In this document: positions 12,557 through 25,895 of the stretch, one piece after another
Numbering within the stretch: the stretch's first letter is position 1
Layout of the letters: every line of letters begins with the position of its first letter
Assembly (NCBI RefSeq): GCF_004010195.1
Contig: NC_057718.1
Span: 36,978,584-37,035,684, forward strand
Direction of reading: 5' to 3'
DNA from: Chiloscyllium plagiosum
Taxonomy: Eukaryota
Length of the DNA stretch: 57,101 nt
Notes under the pieces: generated by a model
What the model was told of the DNA's origin: nothing
The model's database searches: none
Seen by the model: only the letters and a program-made list of their open reading frames with translations
Program-made: the position numbers and the translations under genes

Positions 12557-13360
12557 TGTGATCACTCGCCATTTGCATCACTCAGAGATGGGGATGAATT
12601 CAGTTACTGATCTGCACAGTGGGACATGCAGCACTCTAACAAGGAGCATTATGGAATGCTGTACTTGACATAGGGACCTTATTCTGATGAAAGTAGCTCG
12701 AGTCTTGTACAGAGGCAGTCAGAGATTGAAAATGCTGGATGTGGACTGAGACTTGGCCTAACCAGCCCTACATCCCCCAGAAATCATTGCACATCAGAGC
12801 ATGTTGGTGAATACTTAAAGCTCAGGGAGAGAGGTATCAGTGACATTCCCCTGTGCATTTTGGGATCTTGCATTATCTTTGCATTTTGTGGGTCCACAGG
12901 TGCCACTTTTAAAGTCTCCTGTGATTCCTGCTGCTTCAGAGAGATGACCATGTTCAATCTGTAATGAATACTGACATCGTCAAGATTGCTTGTGACCTGC
13001 ATTTATACCCAGTAGTAGGACACTGTACGTATTTCATAGGAATGAGGATAGGATTGAAAATAACTTTAACCTGTTCTCTGGAAATGCATGATTAACATAG
13101 TTGCCCTTGAAGGGTGTCATATTGCTTACGAATTGAGTCTGTGAGCTCTGACAGGAAAACACACTGACTCCACCCACTCCATGGGTGATCACAGCCATTT
13201 TCCATTCACATTGTGCAGTTTTGAGTCACTTTAATATGGAAGCCAATGCATGTCACTTTTGGTGGAGCGATTGTTAGGCCCTCCATGTCTCTTTCTTCTT
13301 GGTACACTCTTGCCAAACCACCTGCTGTGGACTGATCCTCCAAAAACACCAGCTGGAATT

Positions 13361-14166
13361 ATAGAGTCATAGAGATGTACAGCGTGGAAACAGACCCTTC
13401 AGTCCAACCTGTCCATGCCGACCAGATATCCCAACCCAAACTAGTCCCACCTGCCAGCACCCGGCCCATATCCCTCCAAACCCTTCCTATTCACATACCC
13501 ATCCAGATGCCTCTTAAATGTTGCAAGTACCAGCCTCTGCCACTTCCTCTGGCAGCTCATTCCATACATGTACCATCCTCTGCGTGAAAAAGTTGCCCCT
13601 TAGATCTCTTTTATATCTTTCCCCTCTCACCTTAAACCTATGCCCTCTAGTTCTGGACTCCCCGACCCCAGGGAAAAGACTTTGCCTATTTATCCTATCC
13701 ATGCCTCTCATAATTTTGTAACCTCTATAAGGTCACCCCTCAGCCTCTGACGCTCCAGGGAAAACAGCCCCACCTCTTCAGCCTCTCCCTATAGCTCAAA
13801 TCATCCAACTCTGGCAACATCCTTGTAAATCTTTTCTGAACCCTTTCAAGTTTCACAACATCTTTCCAACAGGAAGGAGACCAGAATTGCATGCAATGTT
13901 CCAACAGTGGCCTAACCAATACAGCCTGTACAGCCGCAACATGACCTCCCGACTCCTGTACTCAATACTCCGACCAATAAAGGAAAGCATACCAAATGCC
14001 TTCTTCATTATCCTATCTACCTGCAACTCCACTTTCAAGGAGCTATGAACCTGCACTCCAAGGTCTCTTTGTTCAGCATCACTCCCTGGGACCTTACCAT
14101 TAAGTGTCTAAGTCCTGCTAAGATTTGCTTTCCCAAAATGCAGCACCTCGCATTTATCTGAATTAA
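13361..14166 (-). mobile_element. CR1/HER1 LINE 3' fragment
   Basis: ORFs 13853-14056 and 13514-13711 (RTRGHRFKVRGERYKRDLRGNFFTQR); tail ATAGAGTCATAGAG. Confidence 0.95.
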
Positions 14167-14849
14167 TTGTACCTGCAGCTATCATCACTACTCCCTAGGT
14201 CCTGTCCTTACCGTTTAGTCTTGCCCACCATCGTGCTGCACAGTCTCTGTGTCGAGGTGGTGACCATCAATAACCCATCCCCCACTTCCACAGTGCAGTA
14301 TCCCATATCCTTCCATGAACTTTCATCCCACTCCTCACTTACATATCAAATATCTACCCCCCACTACCCAAATCCCCTCCACATCCTAGGTTGCTGCTTC
14401 CTCTCCGAGCACTGAATTCACCAACTTCACTGGTAGAACAATATGTCCTGATAACCCATTCCACTTGCATTGAAAAGATCCCAAGGACTCACTGTGGCCT
14501 ATTCCCCTGAATGACTTGGACGGATAGCTTGGGCCGACAATTGACTGAATTCCTGACTCATATTTGTACAGCTGTGTGACTGGCTTACTGTAAATCTCCT
14601 GATAGTTTGCACTGAATCTACGGACCACTCCCTGGGTTGTAGTAACAGACTCCACCTGACCAAGTGGTCAGCTGATTGTGTCCAAGCCTGCGGCCTGAGA
14701 TCAGGAGATGTCTCTGATTTACTTCCCCAAGAGACCCCTGACAGGCAGCAGCTCCCTTGACTTGACTGAATGTCACTCCCCTTAGACTCTTGGCCATGGG
14801 TTGGTGCACACGGATGTGTTTGCCACCTGCCCTAGGGTCTCAGATTGAC

Positions 14850-15628
14850 ATAACACCATGCTGTACAGCCTATACATCCACCTCCTTAACTGATCACTGT
14901 TGACAACCATGATGAGTCGGTATTAAACAGCAAGGCAGGAAGTACTGTGAGACTTTAGCCTCTGGCTGAGGGGACAAAGCACCAGAAGGCAAGATAAGGC
15001 CCATGTGCTGTGAGCATTGATGTAGGCACAAACTGAGTGAGTGTGGTGAGACCAAGTGAGCAGCCCTGAGATACAGCCTGGTATAATCAATGTGGTGGAT
15101 TTTTGTCTCTGCCCATAGAGTGACCTCAGAGCTCCATTCCATTGAAAAGTGCACCAAAGTACAACATTGAAATGCAGAATTGTAATATAAGTGGATTGGT
15201 GATGTGTTACAAGGGTTTGTTGAGACTGGCACGTATCATATGCCAACGTCCATGGTGGGGATTCTGTGTGGTCACTGGCCATGCAGTGTGCCCTGAGATG
15301 TTGTTACCTAATGTCCAAGATGGATGCCAGGAGGAGCAAGCTGGAGATCACTCTGACTTCCATGTTGGGAATTATCACTGTCTAGTTTCTATCTGGAGAA
15401 TAGGAGAAACTGCATATCAATGAGGTAAGATTAGGCAATAATGAGATATTAATGTATACAAATAGGCCTCTCGCTGCTCACTGGTGAAAATCTCACCTCA
15501 TCATTCAACATTTGGTTGGAAACGAGACATTTTGTTCTTGACATTGAGAAGCTCCTCATTGGCTATCTCAGGTGACTTTCCCAACTTTCTTGCCATGGCC
15601 AATGTTGTTCAGGGAAGATTCCTCACCA
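14850..15628 (-). mobile_element. Probable Harbinger Myb/SANT-like gene remnant and terminal region
   Basis: ORF 14894-15232 segment AAHLVSPHSLSLCLHQCSQHMG resembles the EVA..VSA.S...R...QCRK.MN motif; ends in a TIR-like GGGAAGATTCCTCACC; same strand as the transposase. Confidence 0.4.
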
Positions 15629-18034
15629 AATAGTGAACTACCTTAGGAAATGCTGCAGAAACTGCAAAAGAAAGCAGTTTGTTTTGGTTGGGGAGGATGA
15701 CTGAACTCTTTCCCTAGAGTTACAGTGAAAGTGCAGGTGACTCCTCTCAAAAATTCACCCTTTTAAAGTATTCATTGCCATGAACCATATTCAATAATTG
15801 GCGTTATGTTTATTTCCCTCGCTCAGAGGCTACAACCCAGTTATCATATTCTGCAGCAAACTAACTGTGTGAAAGATTTTTTTCAAGTCCTTGATGGAGG
15901 GGTGTTTTTAGTTTAATATAACTAATCATAAGGTGATGACCACTCCCCATTGGAAACATTGCCTGTATTTTGTGCTCACCAGTGATCTCAATTAGAAATT
16001 GGGGCCTTCATTTTCCGAATTTCCTTTGGCCAAGTTTGAAACTTTTAGTAAATTTAACTGAGACAGCTTGGAATCTCTCTTTGTATGTCCAAATATAAAC
16101 AAGCTCTTAACAAACAAGAATCGACAAGTTAACGATAAATGTTATAGGGATTGCTGGGCTACTATGCCTGGTGACTCAAGTTGTTGAGTAAAAACAGAAG
16201 GGTTTGTTTTGACATAATATAAGCTGACTTTGAGCTGGGGTGGGCAGGGAGAGAATAGTTACCCTGACATCGTGAATAATTATTCAAAGTCCATGGCAAC
16301 AAGTGGGTGAATAACACAGGATCAGCCTCTAGAACAGGATGTACCAACACATGCTCAGGTTCAGGGGGGATTTCTCATCAGAGAGCAGTCCTTGACAGTT
16401 GACTGATCCTGTCAGATGGAAGATGGACTGGTCAGTGGAAAGGAGGAAGATCCTGGGGAGAGTTCCCAAACACTTTGGCTAGAGAGCAGGATGCTGCCTT
16501 CACAATTTTCATGAGATCAGCATACTCTGTGCTCACTGCTTGTTCATCCACTGGTATCAATGAAACATCCTCAATTGTCACAGGCCATGTACGTTTTTAT
16601 TATCTAACTAACTAACTAACTTCTAAACTGTTGCTTCTTAACAAATTTAATAAACTGTCTGAAAACTCCTTACAAATGGTTGACTGCCTTTATTAGGTAA
16701 CTACGACCCTGAGCCTACAAAATTTAACACCTTGAAGAAACAGTGGTGTCAACAGACAGGCTAAACAGCCAGGCACAATGTGGAGTTGTCACAGACAGCA
16801 AAGCAGGAAGTAACAATAGATTTTATAACTTTTTCATAATTTAATAAGAACTTAATAAGAATGTTTATCTTGGAATGAAGAAATTTGACACTTCAGAAAT
16901 ATAACATGAAACTTTCAGGGCCAGGGAAGTTGCCCAATCGTAATTATGACTCAGTACATCATTAAAACCCTGTTAAATCTCAGTCAAAACAGTAGTCGTT
17001 TTATTGTGTTTTGAGTAATAGTTTTAATAAATGGAAGTTCACATCAAACCAATGTTTCCCAATTGACTTGCATCGAACAGGACTTCAACAGAACAACCAG
17101 CCGGGAGCAAGAAATCATTGACAACAAACTTGTGTGTGTGCAGCTGCCAAAAGCTGCAGTCACTTTCACTAACTAATTATGGTGGATATTGAGGGTTTTG
17201 CTAGCATTACACACAGAAGTCCTAGGACATGGATTTATTTGCTCTTTCTACAGATGCTGCTGAACTGCTGAACATTTCCTGCTCTTGTTTAAGATTTTTG
17301 AGCACGTGCAATTGCTATTTTCTGTTGTTTGATGTAGCCATTGTTGGGAACCATTTTTCCATGTTCTGTGAATCTGGCAAGCTCATCTGCGTTTTGCATT
17401 TCCTTGTGCTATTATCACCTTAAGCTTTTGTCCAATGTTATTTGAAATGGCTTTATATCTGAGTTCTGGATTTCCAATAACTTGCAATCTGCTCCATGAC
17501 CACTAGATGGTAGATCAAGACAGGTAATTCAACCACAGTCCAGTAATATTTGCAAAGATTGTCTACTTGGCCTATTTGCATTTAGAACATGGACACTGTC
17601 CTAAATATGTCCAATTATTCAGTTTTCTCCTCCTCACTGTGACTCATCCTTATAAATATACTATGTATGTCAGTGCATCATACAATCCTTCCTTGTGCCC
17701 CTGTGCTTGTTTATGGCAGGAATGGATGTAGCAGGCAGGTATGTAATGAACCTTTCTCTTGGTTTTAGTTTGTTGGGAAAAAGTTCCTCCCCAGCACACA
17801 GATTTCTTTGGGGGTGCGGGAAGTCTGTTTGGAAAATCATTCTTTTCCACAGATAAATGGACTGCTCAGCACATAGGTGCATATGACTTAGGGGCAGGAA
17901 TAGGCCATTCAGCCATCATGCCTGCCCATCAGCACAGGGGCAAGAAGAACATTATCAAACTGGTTGTGGTGTCAACTCCACTTCCTGTTCTCCTCCCCAC
18001 CCCACCCCCAATAACCTTGATTCCATGCAGCATG

Positions 18035-18706
18035 AGCTGTACATTTCCGGTTGCTTATAGCCACCCACCTCCCGGCAAAGCCTGGCTAGATAAAATTGGT
18101 GGTGACCCAGCCATCCACAGTGACGACGGCCTGGCCGGGGTAGTTTGACTTTAGGAGCGGCAGTGACTGCTTTAAGATTGGACTTCTTCCCCCAGCTTGA
18201 AGAGAGGAAGACCTGCTTCAGAGAGCTGCCAGCCCTAAGGGTGGCCCTAAACTCTACAGTGGCAAACAGGACCGATGGCAACTGCTGGGACTACGGGCGA
18301 CGCTGATGAAGAGAAACCTGGACTGAAAAGAAGGCTGGAGGGCCAGGTGGGCAATCGAGGAAGGGAAATGTAGGACCTTGGAGGATATGGTGTATTCACT
18401 GGATCCTGGACCCTATAAAGGAGGTCGCACTTCTCAGTCCTGACCTTGATCAACACCAGCCCACATATCGACAGGTGCTGAGCTGCTCGCGTGGCACAGA
18501 CCTCACCTGCCGTGGGTAGCTTAGGACAGGGACCCCAAGTGGCCATTTATAGATCCGAGGGTGGGCTGCCTGACAGGTCCACTGCATCCCCTTAAATTGG
18601 AGACAAGTTACGGTCAGAAGAGAGGCAGCATACAGGCCACATGTTGGATTTAATTAACCCCTACTTCACCTCAAATCTGCCCTTGGGGAGAGTGTAAAAA
18701 ACAGTC
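18035..18706. mobile_element. GC-rich putative non-autonomous DNA transposon relic
   Basis: GC- and CpG-richer block with imperfect inverted ends (GAGCTGTACATTT...GTAAAAAACAGTC); no coding similarity. Confidence 0.3.
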
Positions 18707-18767
18707 TCATGCTTTTTGGGGGCCATTGCACATCCTTGGTTATGTGCATTAAGTTGCTATGAAAGAC

Positions 18768-19302
18768 TGAGTCATAGACTCATAGAGATCCACAGCATGG
18801 AAAGAAACCCTTTGGTCCAACTCGTCCATGCCGACCAGACATCCCAAACTAATCTAGTCCCATTTGTCAGCACTTGGCCCATATCCCTTTAAACTCTTCC
18901 TATTCATACACCCATCCAGCCTTTTAAATGCTGTAATTGTACCAGCCACCACCACCTCCTCTGGCAGTTCATTCCATACACGTACCACCCTCTATATAAA
19001 AGGTTTCCCCTCAGGTCTCTTTTAAATCTTTTCCCTCTCATCTTAAACCTCTGCCCTCTAATTCTGGACCCTTCCACCCTAGAGAAAAGACCTTGATTAT
19101 TCACCCTAACCATGCCCCTCATGATTTTATAAACCTCTATAGAGACACCTCTCAGCCTCCGACGCTCCAGGGAAAATAGCCCCAGCCTATTCTGCCTCTC
19201 CCTACAGTTCAAACCCTCCAACCATGGGAACATCTTTGCAAATCTTTTCTGAACCCTTTCAAGTTTAACAACATTTTGCGTACAACAGGGAGACCAGTAT
19301 TC
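18768..19302 (-). mobile_element. CR1/HER1 LINE 3' fragment
   Basis: ORF 18904-19317 (LERVQKRF...LGLFSLERRRLRG); tail GAGTCATAGACTCATAGAG. Confidence 0.95.
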
Positions 19303-21538
19303 CGAAGGGAGAGTCAATTATAATTGGGATCCCAAAGAGAGTTAGAGCATCCCCTTCCTGGTCTGACTCAACTTTGTAGAATGTGTATGAGTACGTGTTG
19401 TGACAAAGTCAAAATCTTGAAAGAGGTGTTTTAATATCTATAACTGAAGGATGTAAATTGGGCACGTAAGGTTGAAATGACAGTGTAAAACTGGCTTGGG
19501 TTTCCTGTTTCCCACTGAAATCAGAGCACAGTTCAAAGGTACTGCTTCCAATTTGATGAAGGGGACTAGCAAACATTTACCAGTTGTTGATATTGTAGAC
19601 TCAGAGCTGTTTCCCATTTCCTGATCCCTGAGTCAGGGGAATGGTGGGCAATCTTCAAATGAGGCACACAATGTAGAAGAAATTGAACAGCCGTCTATGT
19701 TGCAAAGAGATAAACAAGAAAAGTATTGTGTCTGTAGATACTTTAAAAATAGAAAGGGGAAAAAAAATAACTTACTGGCTGGTTTGGCAATTCACTAATG
19801 AGGTCTCAATGCAAAATGCTAAATCATCCTAAAAATAATTATTTTTATCAATCACAAACTTATTAGAATTTTACAGAGCATTAAACTAACATCTAAAGCT
19901 TCCCAGCTGCCAACACTTTCAACTTTTTCTACATTATCTTTCTGGCACAACATAATATTGTTCAAAATAACAGGATCTGTACTAGCTTTGCTATTTGTAT
20001 GATGCATCTTTCATCTTAAGTGTTCACTCACATCTTAAATACTAACTTTTGTTTGAAAGGAAGAGTTTGGTAAAATTTTGATGAAATGATGATTTGATAT
20101 GGTTTCTTTAATGAAGTGGTCCAGTGCTTTCAATGCTTTTGCCTGTTGTTTTGTGGCTTTAATATTACTCAGGTAATATTGTATGTCTTAATATAGTGAA
20201 GGATTTTAACATTTCTCCAAGGAGCAAAATACCCTTTGCCTGCTTGGTTAAAGTTCTGTTACGTGCTCAGCAATAGCATTCAGATTTGGCTTGCTGACAA
20301 CTTCAGGAATTCTTGCATTCAGACTGTCCAAATCCATAAGCTGAAAGCCACAATTCAGACGAGACAGTAAACCATGGTACAGTGCCTGTAAAAAGGCTAT
20401 CTTCTCCATTGGGACTAGCTCAAAGCATGACCTGGTTATTCCCATTGTCAGGCTAAGAAGGAATCAGACACCTAGGGGATGAAAAGTCAGGAAGCGTGGG
20501 TGCAAAACAAACAGACCGCTGAATGGAAAATGGATACCAGGAAGGACACCAAAATAAAATCAGATATTTAACTTATTAAGCAGCTTTAGATAATTCTTGT
20601 CACAAAGTAGAAAACAACAGTGAGAAACATTAAATAAGTAATTTGTCCATCTGCATCACATACTGCTATGTTTTTTTTTCAAACTGACTAATGAATTTAT
20701 GGGTCAAACTGGAGAAAAACTTTATATTCACATCATCGTGAGAGTTATTAAAATCTAATCTCCAATCTGGCCATAATCAGCCTCGCATGGACCAAAGATT
20801 CAGAAATGAGATAATACTCATGTAGTTCATTTAATGATATAATTACTGCTGTGAGTTAAGGAACAATAATGCATTGTGTCCTACCATTTTCAGTAATGTA
20901 TATCACTAAACGTGCCATTTTTATTGACATGATACTTTGCACTATGAATGATATGCTTACATATCACCCAAGGTAAGTTATTTTACTATGCCAACGTGAC
21001 TCAATCCTACTAGTTAAAAATGGCCAGACACACATCATAGGATATGTGAATTGTTCTTTTTAAAATTAAGGATAATCTCCTCTGTATTTTGTTGACATTG
21101 AACTGATAGAATCAGTATGCAGTAGACTTTAACAGGTCAATCATCCATCCAGTGGGAGGTGCTATTTCATAGGAATAAGTAGTTAGAGAATCAGATAACA
21201 GCAATGAAAGTGAGCTTCACTGCTTTGCAAATAACTCATTCAATGTTGACTTACAGAATGGCTCCTGTATGTCCTGTTGAAAGTGTATTTCAAATGAAAT
21301 GTGTTATCATTAAATTTTCTCTACTCTCTCTATTGGTGGCAAAATTCAGATCAACTCTGAGTGCATGTTACTCAGCCAGCATTCGACTCACCTGATTCTG
21401 TGTAACGCAAACAATCTGAGCTTATTCTTTCAGGTTGTATGCATGTACACTGCTTAATGTATGAAATAAGGCGACCAAGTTTGGTAAGAGTGGAAAGGAG
21501 GTAAATCAGGAAGTAATAAATGGGTGATAACAAGCTTT

Positions 21539-22064
21539 GGTTCAATCCCAGTCTTGGGTGACTGTGTGGAGTTTGCACATTGTCTGAGTGGGTTTCCTCC
21601 CACAATCCAAAGATGTGCAGGTCAGGTGCATTGGCCTTGCTAAATTGCCCATAGTATTAGGTGCATTAGTAGAGGAATGGGTCTGGGTGGGTTACTCTTT
21701 GGAGGGTTGGTGTGGACTTGTTGGGCCAAATGGCCTTTTTTTTGTTGTGTGTGTGCAGGTGTGAGACACAGTGAAAGACACAAGTTGTACGAATCTTTAT
21801 TCAATATTCACCACTAGGTAGAACAGAAACACCCAAGTGGCCAGTGACAAGCAGTGCCCTTCACATCAAAGGGCAATGCTGTGTGATCAAACAGTGAAGG
21901 GGAGGGTAGGGATTAAATCAAAATAGAATTGGACAGGGAAATAATACACCCCACTCCCTGCAGCGCCCACCTCTCCTCGAACAGCTGGTGGACACCGTGT
22001 GTTCCTTCTCCAGAGACACCCGGGCATGGCCTGTTTTTACTCTGTAGGGAATGGAATCTAATCT
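21539..22064 (+). mobile_element. HE1-type SINE interrupted by a Tx1-like insertion
   Basis: B-box GGTTCAATCCC, HE1 core, tail resuming at 22033 and ending AATCTAATCT. Confidence 0.9.
21737..22025 (-). mobile_element. Tx1/L1-clade non-LTR element, 3' end, with 7-bp TSD
   Basis: Minus strand ARVSLEKEHTVST...FEERWALQGVGCIISLSNSILI* (Tx1 ORF2 C-terminus), then AATAAA and an A-tail; ATGGCCT at 21730-21736 and 22026-22032. Confidence 0.8.
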
Positions 22065-22159
22065 TAATAGTCTAAAGTAACAACTAATGATAAATTATCC
22101 AATCAGTGACATTCTCAACCAAGCATTAAAATGTGCTTATATTACATGTTCATATGAAT

Positions 22160-22267
22160 CAGTTTTTTTAACATCAACCTGCTAGGGCACATTATGATGC
22201 ACATCCCGCAGTCAAACCTGGCCTTCTGGTTTAGAGGTAGGGATATTACCATAATGCCACAAGAGTC
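22160..22267 (-). mobile_element. tRNA-derived SINE head fragment
   Basis: Minus strand CTCTTGTGGCATTATGGTAATATCCCTACCTCTAAACCAGAAGGCCAGGTTTGACT with decayed A and B boxes. Confidence 0.5.
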
Positions 22268-22749
22268 CATTTATGTGAATGTTTTATGCTAATGCCTTAT
22301 TTTAAATGGGTCAATGCCTCTAGGAAAATAGTGTAACAGAGAAAAGTGGTCCATGTGTATTAGATGTTAATATGTGAAGTTCAATGTTAAGGAGGGAAAG
22401 GCTCATCAGTTGTGAGGTCCGAGGCAAGAATGCATTAAGGAAAGATTAAATGAGCTCTCAAGAACAAGCAAGAAAGTGTAAGTGATATGGTTGCACTTGC
22501 TGAACAGTTAAAATACAGTGTCACACATGTTAATAATTTTCAACCCTTGCTCTAGAAAGCTAAAAGAAGGCAATTCTTTGAATTTATAAGTTCAAAACGT
22601 GAGCATTATATCCCAGATTGGAACATAAGAATGGCACAAAATAATCTAAGTAGAAAGATTATTTTCCATGCCTCTTCATTACCCTCCCTACCTCCTCCAT
22701 CATCACCCCAAACGTATACACTGGGGTACACTGTAGCATATTGATTACA

Positions 22750-23387
22750 GTAGTGATGTAAAAGGTCATTAAGTAAAAAATTGATTCCAATTCTACCTGA
22801 AAAGCTGGAGAATTTAAATTCCGCTAATTAATCAAGCCTGGGATATGAAGTTAGAGTGGAATTATATGACCTTTAATGATCTTTGGAGGTTGGGAGCAAA
22901 AGTAGGTCCCAATTCCATTGGTAAAACTTGGTTGCAAGTCTGCATGATCTTACTAGAGGCAATGAATTTAGAGACCACTGCTGGGAATATCCTCAAATTA
23001 AAAATGGCGGACATGATAATACACCTAGTTTGACCAATAGGGGGAGCGTGCAGTATTATCCTGGAAGCAGCTCCATTGGGAAAGGTAGACAGGAGAAGGT
23101 GAGAGGGTTTCATGCATCATGATAAAAGCATTAAACTGTTAAAATCTTATTAGGTTTATTCTTGCCATTTAGGAAATTTCCACTGCTGTCCTTACCCACT
23201 CTAACTTAAATATGATTTGAGGCCCACTAAAATATGGTTAACTCTTAGCTGCCCACTTAAATAGTCTGGCAAACCACAAATTGCTCTTATTAGAAATCAG
23301 CACTTCAGTGCTTTCCAGAAGGTAATTAGGGATGAACAATAAATTCTAGTCTTGCCAGCAGCACCCATATCCTGTGAATTAAATAAA
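22750..23387 (+). mobile_element. Old tRNA-derived SINE, interrupted by ~250 bp
   Basis: Core TGGTTAACTCTTAGCTGCCC and tail AATAAATTCTAGTCTTGCCAGCAGCACCCATATCCTGTGAATTAAATAAA. Confidence 0.55.
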
Positions 23388-24444
23388 GCATATTTTGTCA
23401 GAGACCAGTGTTCAAAGCACATGTATAAGCTAAAAATCATTTTTGTTTTGCACACATTTATCCTGACTGTTTTTATGAGTTCCCATTATATTTACCCAAG
23501 TTAATAAAAAATTCACACTTCCTGCTAAAGTTGCATTTATGATCCATGAGTATTATATGGGGATGCTACAATGATAATGATTGTAATGTGAAAATGATTG
23601 TTGGAGGAACAGAGCTGGCAAAAATCTTTAGAGAATTCCAGTTCTAAGGAATGCAGATGAAAGGACATCAGCCATATGATAGTGAACATAATAAAATCAA
23701 CTATTAAATTATTATCCTGTTACCTTGGATTTAGAACACAAGGTAGATGCGTGGATCTCCAGCAAGCTAGGAAAATACTGATCATTTATTAAAAACACAT
23801 CTGATTAATATTTGCACTTTGGCAAATTATTTCTGATTGTCTAATAAATCTATTTTAAATGGAAGTGTTCCTGGTCTGGTCTTTAGTTTCCCTTCCCTGT
23901 GTCAGTTGCATGGGAATAATGTTGGTATCTTTTCTTTTCCTCAGGATGAAATGAAGTTAATGCTATTAGCAATCTTCTGGAGCTGTAAATGCCGTAAAGT
24001 TGCACAACTGATTTCTGTTGCTCCACTTTGCTCTCTGCTAGTGTAATTGCTCATTTCCTCTTATTAAGATTGAGGTATCTGGAAATTTCAATGAAACATA
24101 ATAATGCACCAGCAGGCAAGACAATGTTTACAATTGACTTTTTAGAACTAGAAACCCAGAGATTGGTGATGAAATGAAGTATTACACCGATGGCAAATTT
24201 GCATCACTGGCGAGTAATTTAGTGAGCCTATCATTTCACTCAGTTCCCATCTGGTGTCTGCACATCAGGAAATTGCAGTAGCACTGTTAAACTGGCATTT
24301 CTCTGAAACTCCGTATCATGCATTAACTTGATTGAGACCATTAATTCCCAGATTATTGCTGGTTAAAGGAGAGCACACAAACTTAAAGCCTGCCACATAT
24401 GAAATATGTATTGCAACTCAGGCAGATTCTTGCACATTGACATA

Positions 24445-24745
24445 TAGATTAGATTACTTACAGTGTGGAAGCAGGCCCTTCGGCCCAACAAGTCCATACC
24501 GACCCACAACCCACCCAGACCCATTCTCCTTCATTTACCCCTTCACCTAACACTACGGGCAATTTAGCATGGCCAATTCACCTAACCTGCACATTTTTGG
24601 ACTGTGGGAGGAAACCGGAGCACCCCGAGGAAACCCACGCAGATACGGGGAGAATGTGCAAACTCCACACAGTCAGTCGCCTGAGGTGGGAATTGAACCC
24701 GGGTCTCTGGCACTGTGAGGCAGCAGTGCTAACCACTTTGCCACA
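24445..24745 (-). mobile_element. Near full-length HE1-type SINE
   Basis: Minus strand: A-box TGGCAAAGTGGTTAGC, B-box GGTTCAATTCC, V-SINE core, LINE-type tail GGGCCGAAGGGCCTG and (AATCT)n. Confidence 0.95.
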
Positions 24746-25479
24746 GTATAAAAGTGAGCTTAGCTCCAAGCTGTTCATGCATATGCACAATGTATCAAAC
24801 TGGGAATTCCTCCAGTTCCTATTTTCTCCCTTAACTTTTGCAAGGTGAGATGGAAGGTTAGCTAGAGATGTTAGTGGCACCAGAGACATGAGCAGGGATC
24901 ATTGTGCAACTGATTATAGCTATTGGCCCTTGCACAACTGACTGGCAATTACTGAAGAGCAATATTTCTTGGGTTTCATGATTAGTGACTATCATCTGCT
25001 TAAAGAAGACTTGTAGGCAAACACAGCTATAATTTTGTCCTGATCTTATCAACAAGTTCATATTTGACCATGAAGAAGTATAGCCAGGAAGATTGGTACG
25101 CCAAATATTTTTACAAAAACACCTAACTCAATTGTTGTTCTGTTCCTTTAAGGAACCATACCTCGTAAAATAGCCTAAGCCACCTTTGATTGTTCAATCC
25201 TACAATATCAATGTTCATATGAATGTCCTTCCTTTTCTGTGCTGATACATCACTCTGCACAGTCAGAAGCAATCCCTTAAGACAAGTTAAAATTCAGAGT
25301 AATCAAACTATTTCACAATCAGAATGGTGTGGAATTGGTGAACTGGCTTTCCCAGTGGTTATCGTTTGTTCTGGTGTATTGTGAGGTCAACTTAACCCTT
25401 AAACTTCTATTAAGGGCCTCCCCTATGAAGGGATTTAGGTGACCCAATGCTACATTGAGACTGATCAACGACCAGAGAC

Positions 25480-25645
25480 CTAAGCTTTGAACTCCCTAAA
25501 CCTGCCCAAACCTCTACTTCCCTCTCCTCCTTTGTGACTCTCCATACAACCTACCTGTTTGGCCAAGCCTTCATTTACTTGTCTCAATATATCTTTGTGG
25601 CTTTGTGGGATATTTTACTAAAACAACAAAGATGCTTTATTACAT
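25480..25645 (+). mobile_element. L2-type LINE 3' end fragment
   Basis: CCCTAAACC...CTCCTTT...ACCTACCTGTTTGGCCAAGCCTT resembles the L2 ORF2 end and tail. Confidence 0.5.
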
Positions 25646-25694
25646 TAAAACACAAATCCATATTGTTGGTGAGTGTAGACTGCAGGCTGAATTA

Positions 25695-25895
25695 CAGGTC
25701 ATTCTGCAATAATGTGCGTTTTGTTAATTGTGAATTGGCTGTAATGCAAATGACAAATTGGGGATGCTGTTTCTAAAACGTGAACTTTTAAAATGTGTGT
25801 TGGCTATAACACAGTTACATTGCCACCTCTTTAAATGCTGTCTCTAAAGCATGATTTTCTATGACGCAACCATTACATTATAGAAGAACTACTTG
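25695..25895. mobile_element. Tc1/mariner-type MITE (MER6-like), copy 1
   Basis: TA|CAGGTCATTCTGCAATAATG ... CATTATAGAAGAACTACTTG|TA: imperfect TIRs with TA flanks. Confidence 0.8.

Noticed and set aside
24670..24745. tRNA gene
   Set aside because: The A and B boxes belong to the tRNA-derived SINE head and run straight into the SINE core.
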